From Hyalangium minutum (GTDB lineage Bacteria; Myxococcota; Myxococcia; Myxococcales; Myxococcaceae), in contig NZ_JMCB01000006.1 in NCBI RefSeq assembly GCF_000737315.1, positions 764,001 through 1,012,000 on the forward strand: a DNA stretch of 248,000 bases. Reading direction: 5' to 3'. The first letter of the stretch is position 1; the number at the start of each line of letters is the position of its first letter. Shown here piece by piece: positions 206,951-216,151 of the stretch. The translations under genes and the position numbers were made by a program. The notes beneath the pieces were generated by a model, which saw only the letters and a list, made by a program, of their open reading frames with translations, made no database searches and had not been told where the DNA came from.

Positions 206951-208306
206951 ATGCAGATTCCCCCGAAGAGCGCTGCGCCTTCGCTCGTGGCGTCCATTAC
207001 GCCGGGGACGAGCGTGTCCGGCACGTCCTGGCAGCGCTCCACGGCGCGCGAGGTGCCCATCTCCGAGCTGCAGCAGAAGTTCGGTTGGAAGGAGGGGAGC
207101 TGGCAGGCGGATCTGCTGAAGGCGGCGGACGCGGCGAGCCCCACGAGCTCGCGCCGGGACAACGGCAGCGTGTCGGCGGCGGAGGTGGACCGCTACCTGC
207201 AGAACCCGGGGGACGCGCGCTTCCTGACGTCCACGGCGCTGCAGCAGGAGCGCAAGGCGCTGGAGCAGAAGCTGGCGGGCGGTGCGAATTCGCTGGCGGT
207301 GGATGCGTTCGACAGTGACTGGCAGGACGCGGTGGCGCGCCGGGCGGACCTGAGCGGGGACGGGAAGGTGTCGCGCACGGAGCTGGACTCCTTCTTCACC
207401 GAGGTGAAGGCCGGCAAGGTGCAGGACGTGCAGTGGGTGCCGGATCAGAAGAGCGCGATGTTCGAGAGCAAGGTGGCCGAGAGCGCGGGAGAGGTGGATC
207501 CGCTGCGGCCGCCCGGCTCGGAGGGCCGCGGCCGGGAGCTGCTGAAGGAGTACATGCGCGTCTCGCTGGACGAGGCGAAGAACGTGCCCTCGTTCGTGAG
207601 CCACATGCTGTCGGCGGCGGACCTGGAGGAGCGGCCGCTCGACGTGGACCGGGACAAGAGCCAGTTCGAGGCGGACCCCGAGCTGGGCTCGAGCGGGGTG
207701 AAGGGCACGGACTACCGGGGCTCGGGGTTCGATCGCGGGCACATGAAGCCGGCGGCGGACTCGCCGGATCAGGCGGCGATGGACGAGAGCCACCTGATGA
207801 GCAACATGGCGCCGCAGTACCCGAACGTGAACCAGCAGTCGTGGGCGACGCTGGAGGACGCGGTGCGGGACTTGGTGAGCACCACCGGCGGCAAGGCGTA
207901 CGTGATGACGGGCAACCTGTACCTGGATGCGCAGGGCAAGTCGCTGCCGCCCGAGGCGCTCCAGACGATTGGCAACGAGGCGCGCCGCATCGCCGTGCCG
208001 ACGCACAACTTCAAGACGGTGTTGCTGGAGCTGCCCAACGGCAACCTGAGCATGTTCGCGTACATGGTGCCCAACGTGAAGGACGCGCCGAAGGGGACGG
208101 ACAACATCGCTCGCTTCCTGGAGAGCTCGCGCACGTCGGTGGACCGGATTGAAGAGCTCCTGGGGGAGGATTTGTACGCGCAGCTGCCTGAGTCCGTGCA
208201 GGCGAAGCTGGAGGCGGACAGCTCGGCGAAGCTGGCCTTCCGCGAGGCCAGCCAGTACCAGTCGGCCTCGCTGCTGCGGATGCGGGAGGCCGATACCCAG
208301 GCGTAG
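206951..208306 (+). CDS. DNA/RNA non-specific endonuclease with EF-hand-like N-terminal region
   Basis: FDRGHMKPAAD, SNMAPQ, VPTHNFK; DLSGDGKVSRTEL. Confidence 0.88.
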   Translation: MQIPPKSAAPSLVASITPGTSVSGTSWQRSTAREVPISELQQKFGWKEGSWQADLLKAADAASPTSSRRDNGSVSAAEVDRYLQNPGDARFLTSTALQQERKALEQKLAGGANSLAVDAFDSDWQDAVARRADLSGDGKVSRTELDSFFTEVKAGKVQDVQWVPDQKSAMFESKVAESAGEVDPLRPPGSEGRGRELLKEYMRVSLDEAKNVPSFVSHMLSAADLEERPLDVDRDKSQFEADPELGSSGVKGTDYRGSGFDRGHMKPAADSPDQAAMDESHLMSNMAPQYPNVNQQSWATLEDAVRDLVSTTGGKAYVMTGNLYLDAQGKSLPPEALQTIGNEARRIAVPTHNFKTVLLELPNGNLSMFAYMVPNVKDAPKGTDNIARFLESSRTSVDRIEELLGEDLYAQLPESVQAKLEADSSAKLAFREASQYQSASLLRMREADTQA

Positions 208307-208343
208307 CGGCGCTCCGTGCACCGTATATAAGGAGGGGCGCGTC

Positions 208344-209243
208344 ATGGCCCTCTCCTCTGCTGCTTCCACGGCTCGCGCCACGGCGATTGGCGCGGTGGCC
208401 ATTCTGCTCTGGGCGTGCCTGGCGTTCCTGACGACGGGGACGGGGGACATTCCTCCGTTCGAGATTGTGGCGATCTCGTTCGCCATCGCGTTCCTGCTGT
208501 GCGTGGGCAAGTGGGTGCTGTTCCGCGAGGACATTGCCGGCCACCTGCGCCAGCCGGCCGCAGTGTGGGGCATGGGGGTGGGTGGGCTGTTCGGCTACCA
208601 CTTCTTCTACTTCCTGGCGCTGAAGACGGCGCCACCGGTGGAGGCGAACCTCATCAACTACCTGTGGCCGCTGCTCATCGTGCTGTTCTCGGCGCTGCTG
208701 CCGGGCGAGCGCCTGCGGTGGTGGCACATCGCTGGGGTGGTGCTGGGGCTGTGCGGCTCGTTGTTGCTGGTGACGGGCGGGGGACGCGTGGCGTTCCGGG
208801 CGGAGTACGCGGCGGGGTATGCCTCGGCGCTCGCGTGCGCGGTGACGTGGGGGGCGTACTCGGTGCTGTCGCGCCGCTTTGGGGCGGTGCCCACGGACAC
208901 GGTGGGAGGCTTCTGTGGGGCGACGGCGGTGCTCGCGGCGCTGTGTCACGGGGTGTTCGAGCGCACGGTGTGGCCGAGCCCGGCGGAGTGGGGCGTGTTG
209001 CTGCTCATGGGCGTGGGGCCCACGGGCTTGGCGTTCTTCGTCTGGGATGTGGGGATGAAGCGGGGGAACATCAAGGCGCTGGGCGGGCTCTCTTACGCCA
209101 CGCCGCTGCTCTCCACGCTGCTGCTCATCCTGGCGGGAAGGGCGAGCCCGAGTGTGGAGCTGGCCCTGGCCTGTCTGTTCATCGTCGGCGGCGCGGTGCT
209201 CGCCTCGCGGGACTTGTGGGCGCGGACTACCCGCTCAACATGA
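208344..209243 (+). CDS. DMT/EamA transporter (YddG-like)
   Basis: Ten TM helices, LINYLWP, LSYATP. Confidence 0.88.
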   Translation: MALSSAASTARATAIGAVAILLWACLAFLTTGTGDIPPFEIVAISFAIAFLLCVGKWVLFREDIAGHLRQPAAVWGMGVGGLFGYHFFYFLALKTAPPVEANLINYLWPLLIVLFSALLPGERLRWWHIAGVVLGLCGSLLLVTGGGRVAFRAEYAAGYASALACAVTWGAYSVLSRRFGAVPTDTVGGFCGATAVLAALCHGVFERTVWPSPAEWGVLLLMGVGPTGLAFFVWDVGMKRGNIKALGGLSYATPLLSTLLLILAGRASPSVELALACLFIVGGAVLASRDLWARTTRST

Positions 209244-210267
209244 CTTCGGAGAGGGTCGTGGCCTTCAGGGCGCGATCGAACCACTGATCGAGCGTGTCCA
209301 GGTCTGTGCACGACAGGATGCGCTGGCGATCCGCATCGAGCACGGGGATGCCACGGGCAGCCAGGATCTTGAGGACGCTGTGGGCCCGTTCGAGCGCCTG
209401 GCCTTCCGCCCGCCCTTCCGCTCGCCCTTCCGCTCGCCCTTTATCCAGGCCCTCCACCAAGCCTCGGGCGTGTCCCTTCTCCATGAGCATTTCCGCGATG
209501 GTGCGCACCTGCTCCTCCTTGCTGTGCTCACTGGCCACTGAATTTAACACGCGCCACAGCGCTTCGTAGGCAGCGTCCCGGCCTACGTAAAACAGGTAAT
209601 GCACCACGGCGTGTAGCTGCTCCACACCTTGCGGAGAATCCAGCAATTCGGCCAGCAACGGTCTCCACCGGTCCAACAACACGGCGACGTGTTCGGAGCG
209701 GCCGAAGCGCAGCAGCAGCAGCGCTAGTGGCACCAGGGGTGGACCCGCCCGAGCCCTGAGCACCTCCTCTCGCTCCGCTGTCAGGTCGTCCACCAGATAC
209801 TCCAAGCGTGGCACCAGCACCTGCCATCGCTCCGCACCTTCTTTCGGAAGATGGAACAGCTCCTCCATCCTTCGGGGCGCCGTCCAGCCACTCTCCGGCC
209901 CGTGATACAGCACTACGGGAATCACCACGGGCAGCGCTTCGCTGTCCGGGTGCCGTTGAAGCCAGTGCTCCAGCTGGCGCACCACGTAGCGCAGCATTCG
210001 GAAGGCCATCCATCGGTCTACCGAGGACTGGTGCTCCAGCAGGAAGTAGAGCAGCACGGGCTGCCCGCAATGGAGCCGGGCCGAGAACAGCAAGTCGCTC
210101 TGGCTCTCACGCAGCTTGGGGTCCACCACGGTCCCCGACTCATGCTGGAGCGTAGACCAGTCCACCCGGGCAGCCACTTCGGGTGGCAACACGGCTCTCA
210201 GCTCCGCCGCTGCCCGCTCGGGGTGACTGAAGGTGTAGCGCGCGAACAAGTCATGAGGCCCCGGCAT
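209227..210267 (-). CDS. Rpn family recombination-promoting nuclease / YhgA-like transposase
   Basis: HDLF, SDLLFS, LLEHQS, VIPVVLYHG. Confidence 0.88.
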   Translation of the reverse strand: MPGPHDLFARYTFSHPERAAAELRAVLPPEVAARVDWSTLQHESGTVVDPKLRESQSDLLFSARLHCGQPVLLYFLLEHQSSVDRWMAFRMLRYVVRQLEHWLQRHPDSEALPVVIPVVLYHGPESGWTAPRRMEELFHLPKEGAERWQVLVPRLEYLVDDLTAEREEVLRARAGPPLVPLALLLLRFGRSEHVAVLLDRWRPLLAELLDSPQGVEQLHAVVHYLFYVGRDAAYEALWRVLNSVASEHSKEEQVRTIAEMLMEKGHARGLVEGLDKGRAEGRAEGRAEGQALERAHSVLKILAARGIPVLDADRQRILSCTDLDTLDQWFDRALKATTLSEVMLSG

Positions 210268-210517
210268 TGCCAGCGCGGTACAGCATGTCGCGTGCCAACA
210301 CGGCGGGACTGAGGGGCACGGACTAAACGCCCGTGGTTCCTCGGACAGACGAGAGGACCGAGGGCCTGTCCTCGCGCCACAATTCTCGCGCGGTGGACGG
210401 TGAGTCCGGCGAGGGAGACGCTGAACTCCTTGTCGGCGCCACCCTCCGGGAAGGTTCTGGCTAAACCTGTCCGACAAGTAGACCGGTTCAGCGGAGTCCC
210501 GCAGGGACGGCGGCGGC

Positions 210518-213500
210518 TCAGGGCAGCGTCACCTCGTAGTACGTGCGTTTCTCTCCGGGTCGCTCACCCGGCCAGACCGCCCAGCCTTCCCAGGCGCCGC
210601 CCTGCTTGCGCAGGCACCGTGTGTGGACGCGCATGCGCTTCAGGTCGCGCTGAACCTCCAGCAGGTTGAACAGGCGCGGAACGGACTCGGGACGGTGGTG
210701 GGTGGGAGCACCGAAGCTCCCTGCGCCCACGACATGGAGCCGCCGTCCCGGATGCAGGTAATTCACCAGGTCGGCTCGATCCTCGTGCACGTGTCCGTGG
210801 AGACAGGCGCGGATGTCCGCCTGCAGCAACCGGCCCATGAAAGAGTCCGCCTGGATCTTCTCGTTGCCCGTGATGGGGTGGTGCCACACCGCGATTCGCA
210901 GCACCTGGGCGTCCTCCTGAAGCTCACCCCGCTTCCGTGCTCCGGCCAGCTCGAGGTGGGCGGCCTCGAGGCCACGGGAGAGGGCCCGCTCGGAGATGCT
211001 GGAGCGCTCGGTGAAGTACTCGTCGATCTCCCAGGCCGAGTTCATGGCCAGGAACTGGATGCGCGACTCGCTGAAGAAGAAGGAGAGGCACTGCTCCTCG
211101 GACGCCAGCGGGTACGGCCGCTGCATGAGCGGGTGGTAGAAGTGCTGGGAGAAGTTCTTGAAGCGCTCCGGATACTTCGCCTCGTCCCGCAGGTAGTACC
211201 CGTCACCGTCCTCCTTGTACGTGCCCGGCACGAGCGCGCGGGCGTCCACCTGGCGCTTCTTCTTCCGGGTGTACACCTCCGTGTCCCAGTCCAGGTCGTG
211301 ATTGCCCGGCACGAGGATGCAGCGCTCGGACGTGAGACCGAACCGCTCGATGAGCGAGGACACGAACTCGCGCGCCTTCTCGAACTCCTGGGGTGAGGCC
211401 CTGTTGGTGAGGTCTCCCGAGATGACCAAATAGTCCAGCCTGTCCACCCCGAGCCCGTCGTACCGGTCCTTCAGGTCCGCATCCAGCGGCTGGAGCAGGC
211501 TCAAGGGATCCTGCGTGGCGCCCACATGGAGATCGCTCAGGTGGAGGATGCGCAGCGGGGTGTCAGCGGAGGTTTTCACGGTCTTGGCCTCGGTGATGCT
211601 CACCCTCGTCTCGGTGATGTTTTGGGAGCGCTGCTCTTGAATGTCGGTGCGCAGCGCTCGGACCTGCTGGTGCAGCTCGGGGTTGCGCTCGCGTGCCTGT
211701 TGGGCGCCCAGCGTCAGCGGTGTCCGGCGATCGCACACGGGGCATCCAATGTCCGAGTGGCCCACGTGGAGCCGCTCCCGGACGACGTCCTCGGCGAACA
211801 CCCGGCCACACGTGCAGGTGATACTCAGCCGCTCCAGCAGCTCCACCCCCTGCTCGCGCAGGTGCTCCTCGATGATGTTCACGAACAGCGCGCGGGTGGT
211901 GGTGGGCGTCTCCGGATCGAAGTAGACGTCGAGCCGTGCGTGGCCACGAGCCCCCTGGCGGCCCTCACGCACTCGGCGGACGCCCGAGCTCTCCTGGCCT
212001 GCAAGGCTGAACTCGGCCCGGTCTTGCCACAGCCGCATGGGACCAAACCGGCGGCTCAGCGCGAGCGAGGTGACCAGCGAGGCGTAGATGTTGTCGATGG
212101 GGCCGGAGAAGTCGTAGTGCAGCGAGATGGCGTGCGGGAAGTCCTGGCCTGCCTCCTGCTGCGTCGGGCGGAAGAGCGAGGGGAAGATGAGCAGCCCCTC
212201 ATGGCGCAAGCAGAGCCCGTGCTCGAGCAGCAGCTCGATGACGCAGTCGAGCACCAACAGCTCCTGGTCGCGAGGCAGGCGCTCCGCGGCGGCGAGGCGC
212301 GGGAACTTCATGGCTGGGGAGAGCACCTTGGCCACGTCGATGGCGGGCACTCCGTGGGGATTGTCTCGCGCGGCGAGGATGAGCGAGCCGGCGTAGCGCT
212401 CCACCTGCTCCACTTCGAGGACGAGGACGCGGGTGCCGTCGGCCAGCCGTGTGTCGGCGACACGCCCCTGACGGGCGAGCGGTCCCACGACGGAGCGGAG
212501 CACCTCCGGGTCGAAGTCGTTGCCCATCTCCCGCCGCAGCTCGGCCTCCAGCTGCGAGAAGGTGAGCACCACGTGCCGGGCTTCGCGCAGCTGCTGCAGG
212601 TGCTGGCGCATGCGCTGGAAGAGCTCCGGGCGACTGACCTGCTCGATGCTGTTCCAGTCGATGGCCTCGGCCAGCGCGGCCTTCAGCTCGGGGATGCCCT
212701 GGCCCGTCTTGGCACTGGTGGACAGATAGGAGGTGAACTGGCAGCGCTGCACCAGCCGCTCGATGGCGGGCAGATCCACCGGCGAGTCCAGGCTGTCCAC
212801 CTTGCTGCCCACCAGGAGCTTGCGGATGTTCCGGGTGCCGGTGTGCGCCAGGAGGCGCTGGTTCCAGCCTTCGATTTCCTCCAGGGCCCGCTCGCCGCGT
212901 CCCGGCTCCATGACCATCACGGCAGCGGTCGAGTCCCGCAGGAAGAGCTGATGCACGAGCTGGTACTCGTTCTGTCCTCCCATGTCCCAGAGGATGAGCT
213001 CGCGCCGCGTCTGGGCGCTGGTGGGGTCCGAGCGCTGGGGCTCCGCCGGGAGGGACCAGAACCGCATCCCGTGGGTGGACTCCATCTCTTCGTAGCGATC
213101 CTGAGCCATGCGCAGCGCGAGGCTGCTCTTTCCCGCGCGCCCTTCCCCCACGAGCACCACCTTCGCGCTGACCTCGTGGACGGTGGCGGACGGAGGCTTG
213201 GCTCTCAAGAGAGTGTCCGCGTCGATGTCCCAGAGAAAAAGGCTGCGGAAGTCTGGTCCCACGGAGGCCAAGATGTTGCGCGTGGGAGAGAAAGCCACTC
213301 CCCGAGTCAGGAATTTCTTCGAGGAGGGGGACTGGAAGCGTGCCACTATCTCCCAGGTATCGGTGCGGAACAGGAGAATGTCTCCAGTCGTCGAATGGGA
213401 GGCGAGCAGGCGGCCATCTGCGGAGAACGAGACGGACAGCACCGAGGCTGTGTGGCCTTCCAATCGCGTCACTGTGCGGTCTTGCTCGGCATTCAAGACA

Positions 213501-215323
213501 TGGATGCCGCCATCTGCCGTCGCTAGTGCCAAAAGCGGTGAGTGCGGCCTCCAAGTTAGGTCGAGCACCCCGAAGCCCTGCATTGAAGATGCAAGCGTGG
213601 GCACGAACCGGTTATCCACTTCGCTCAGCCGCCAGAGGATGAGACAGGACCCACCTTGGGCATTAATAAAGCCGCAGGCTAGGATGGGTGCATCGGGAGC
213701 CCAACCCAAGCAACTCACAGGCTCGAGCGGTGCTGGCCTTGTGAGTTCACCCAGGAACTTGCGGGTGGGCGTGTTCCAGATGCGCAGGTTTCCCTGCCCG
213801 ACATCAGCGGCGAGCCAACCTAATGAAGAGCAGGCGAGTCTGTTCCCGTCACCGGCTGGGAGTAGCTCGACCTCGATGTCGCTGGGGGTCCCTTTCGTGT
213901 GCAAGAGCCGGAGAGCACGTTTGGAGCGCGAGAGAAGGGTTTCTCCGTCCGGCGTGAAGCAGAGGTCCGTAACGACGGTCGTGTGAGCAGATGCTATCCA
214001 GGAAGGGATCTGCTCTGCGAGGGGCCAGTACGCCAGATGCCCTTGTTCGCACCCAATTGCCAGCGCATCGCCGGATGGACTCCAGGCCAGCCGGCTTACG
214101 GTTTGGCGGCCCGTCCCCAGCACTTGGCGAAGCCGGATCCCCAATGGGAGCGGAGAGGGTTCTGGCATATCCTCCCGGATCCAGGGGGCCTGCGAGGAAC
214201 TGTTCCTGGGAGACGGTACGTCTTCCGGAGGCGTGCGCGTCAACAGAGGGAACCAGAGTGGAGAATCCGTGCGGTTCTCACCAGTCAGCTCACTGGGATA
214301 TTGGATCAGCGCAGCCAGGGGTATGGAAGTTGTGTCGGGCTCCCAGCTCCATTTAGCTTGGAGCGTGGTGAACAGTTCCTCCTGCGAGGAGAGGGGGCGG
214401 GAATGAAGCCGGAGCTTGGACTTGTAGATTTCTCCCACGGCGTATCCCCAAAAAAAAGTGTCGGCTCCTGTCTCCCCGAAGAGCGACAAAGCCTGCACTG
214501 CTCGAGCCCAGTGGGAGTATTGGGGAGGATCGGGCCAGGGTTCCCTCCACCCTGTTATGTCGAACCCACCGCACAGGTGCAGGAAAGGACGGCCTGAGGG
214601 GCCAAGTCTCTCGTGCAGGCGTGCGAGGGACTTGGATCTCAAGACTCCCGGTGGAGCATGCGTCAGCAGCAGGATCAGCTCATGCTGATGCGCCCAACGT
214701 TGGAGGTCGTGGCCAGTGGCAGCCTCCGCTTGCTCTACGTTGATTTCTCGCTGGCTCTCACTGCTGTCTGTACCAGGCTCGAAGACAGAGTTGAGACCGA
214801 TAACGCCGATCTTCCATTCGCCCGCCTTCACTGTCGTAGAGAAGTCTCCGGGTAGGAAACCGTTCCGCAGCTGGATCAAAGGTGAGTGCAGGCGTTGCTG
214901 CTGGGAAGCCCACTCTGTGTAGGCTTGGAACGCGCCGCTGACGACGTGTGTGGAGGAAGGACTTACGGCATGGCTGAAGGTTTTGGGAAACTGAGAAGCA
215001 GTGGTGCGGAGGAACAGGCTCGAGGAAGCATCACGCGGCGCAAAGTCTGATTCCCCAGGGACCGCGAGTAGCAAGGGATTCGAACCCAGGCTTCGAAAGT
215101 AGTCCCACAAGGAGTTCAGCGTGGAATTCAATAGCGCGAACTCACGGGGGCTGCCCGTCTGCGTCAGATTCCCAGTGAGGAACACCACGTCCCAAGGCCC
215201 GGCTTGGTCGTGGAGCTTGCGCAGATCGGTTTCAAGGGCCTCGCGGAACTCGGGGCGCATCAGCCGCGAGCCGTGGGGCCCGAAGAGAAGATCCGACAGG
215301 TGAAGCCAGCTGAACCGCGACAC
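210518..215323 (-). CDS. Pseudo-metallophosphoesterase - WD40 - Roc-COR GTPase - metallophosphoesterase
   Basis: HLSDLL/GESD; WD40; GEGRAGKSS, DMGGQ, SKVD; HLSDLH, SGDL, GNHD, HGHVH. Confidence 0.85.
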   Translation of the reverse strand: MSRFSWLHLSDLLFGPHGSRLMRPEFREALETDLRKLHDQAGPWDVVFLTGNLTQTGSPREFALLNSTLNSLWDYFRSLGSNPLLLAVPGESDFAPRDASSSLFLRTTASQFPKTFSHAVSPSSTHVVSGAFQAYTEWASQQQRLHSPLIQLRNGFLPGDFSTTVKAGEWKIGVIGLNSVFEPGTDSSESQREINVEQAEAATGHDLQRWAHQHELILLLTHAPPGVLRSKSLARLHERLGPSGRPFLHLCGGFDITGWREPWPDPPQYSHWARAVQALSLFGETGADTFFWGYAVGEIYKSKLRLHSRPLSSQEELFTTLQAKWSWEPDTTSIPLAALIQYPSELTGENRTDSPLWFPLLTRTPPEDVPSPRNSSSQAPWIREDMPEPSPLPLGIRLRQVLGTGRQTVSRLAWSPSGDALAIGCEQGHLAYWPLAEQIPSWIASAHTTVVTDLCFTPDGETLLSRSKRALRLLHTKGTPSDIEVELLPAGDGNRLACSSLGWLAADVGQGNLRIWNTPTRKFLGELTRPAPLEPVSCLGWAPDAPILACGFINAQGGSCLILWRLSEVDNRFVPTLASSMQGFGVLDLTWRPHSPLLALATADGGIHVLNAEQDRTVTRLEGHTASVLSVSFSADGRLLASHSTTGDILLFRTDTWEIVARFQSPSSKKFLTRGVAFSPTRNILASVGPDFRSLFLWDIDADTLLRAKPPSATVHEVSAKVVLVGEGRAGKSSLALRMAQDRYEEMESTHGMRFWSLPAEPQRSDPTSAQTRRELILWDMGGQNEYQLVHQLFLRDSTAAVMVMEPGRGERALEEIEGWNQRLLAHTGTRNIRKLLVGSKVDSLDSPVDLPAIERLVQRCQFTSYLSTSAKTGQGIPELKAALAEAIDWNSIEQVSRPELFQRMRQHLQQLREARHVVLTFSQLEAELRREMGNDFDPEVLRSVVGPLARQGRVADTRLADGTRVLVLEVEQVERYAGSLILAARDNPHGVPAIDVAKVLSPAMKFPRLAAAERLPRDQELLVLDCVIELLLEHGLCLRHEGLLIFPSLFRPTQQEAGQDFPHAISLHYDFSGPIDNIYASLVTSLALSRRFGPMRLWQDRAEFSLAGQESSGVRRVREGRQGARGHARLDVYFDPETPTTTRALFVNIIEEHLREQGVELLERLSITCTCGRVFAEDVVRERLHVGHSDIGCPVCDRRTPLTLGAQQARERNPELHQQVRALRTDIQEQRSQNITETRVSITEAKTVKTSADTPLRILHLSDLHVGATQDPLSLLQPLDADLKDRYDGLGVDRLDYLVISGDLTNRASPQEFEKAREFVSSLIERFGLTSERCILVPGNHDLDWDTEVYTRKKKRQVDARALVPGTYKEDGDGYYLRDEAKYPERFKNFSQHFYHPLMQRPYPLASEEQCLSFFFSESRIQFLAMNSAWEIDEYFTERSSISERALSRGLEAAHLELAGARKRGELQEDAQVLRIAVWHHPITGNEKIQADSFMGRLLQADIRACLHGHVHEDRADLVNYLHPGRRLHVVGAGSFGAPTHHRPESVPRLFNLLEVQRDLKRMRVHTRCLRKQGGAWEGWAVWPGERPGEKRTYYEVTLP

Positions 215324-215349
215324 GTTGCCTCCGAGTCCCTACACCTACG

Positions 215350-216069
215350 TCAGAACCGCCCGGCCAGTCCCCCGAGGAGCCCTCCTTGGGGCGTCACGCT
215401 CACCACGGGCATGAGCCGGACCTTCGAGCGGGCTTGGAGCTCCAACTGGGAGCGCTGCATGGCCATACTGTGAGTCAGTTCGTAGGCCGTCACCGCGAAG
215501 AGCACCGGGGTCAAGGTCAGCCCCAGAATGAGTCCCGCCGTGCTCTGGGTGGCCACGCCGATGCCCGCGCCCACCGCTGAGCCCGCCAACGCGGCGAAGA
215601 ACGTCACCAGCCCGTCTCCCTCGCCTCCCGTCATCCTCCCCACGAGGCTCACACCCAGGGTGACTCCCACGGCGTAGGACACGGACAGGGACGCGCCAAT
215701 GGCGACGCCGCAAGCGGGCTTCTCGTCCGACGTCGCGCAGACGGGCAACGCGAGGATGGCCGTCGGGATGGTGCCCACGATGGCCCCCGCCAGTCCCATG
215801 ATGACGCTGCTCCACGGCATGATGACCAGCCGCAGCGCGGATTGATCCGGCTCGCCCCGTTGCCCCAGCAGCCGCCGCGGGATGAGCTCGCCCTTGGGCG
215901 GTGTCTCGGCGGGCGGCGGAGGAGGAGGCGGCTCCGCCGGAACGAGCGGCGGTGGCGGGAGCGCCTCCGTCGCAGGCGGCGTGTAGGGCGTCCACTCCTC
216001 GGAGGTCTGGGCGAACCCCAGGCCTGGGACAAGCAGCGTCAGGCACAGCACGAGGCGCGCAGGGCTCAT
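215350..216069 (-). CDS. Exported membrane protein
   Basis: Signal peptide, Gly-rich TM helices, LLGGLAGRF end. Confidence 0.6.
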   Translation of the reverse strand: MSPARLVLCLTLLVPGLGFAQTSEEWTPYTPPATEALPPPPLVPAEPPPPPPPAETPPKGELIPRRLLGQRGEPDQSALRLVIMPWSSVIMGLAGAIVGTIPTAILALPVCATSDEKPACGVAIGASLSVSYAVGVTLGVSLVGRMTGGEGDGLVTFFAALAGSAVGAGIGVATQSTAGLILGLTLTPVLFAVTAYELTHSMAMQRSQLELQARSKVRLMPVVSVTPQGGLLGGLAGRF

Positions 216070-216151
216070 GCCTCCCAGCCTACCGAAACCGCGCCCCCCT
216101 GCGGGGTGTCTTGGGAAGCAACCCCAGAGGCGCTAGCCTCGGACCCGGCCG

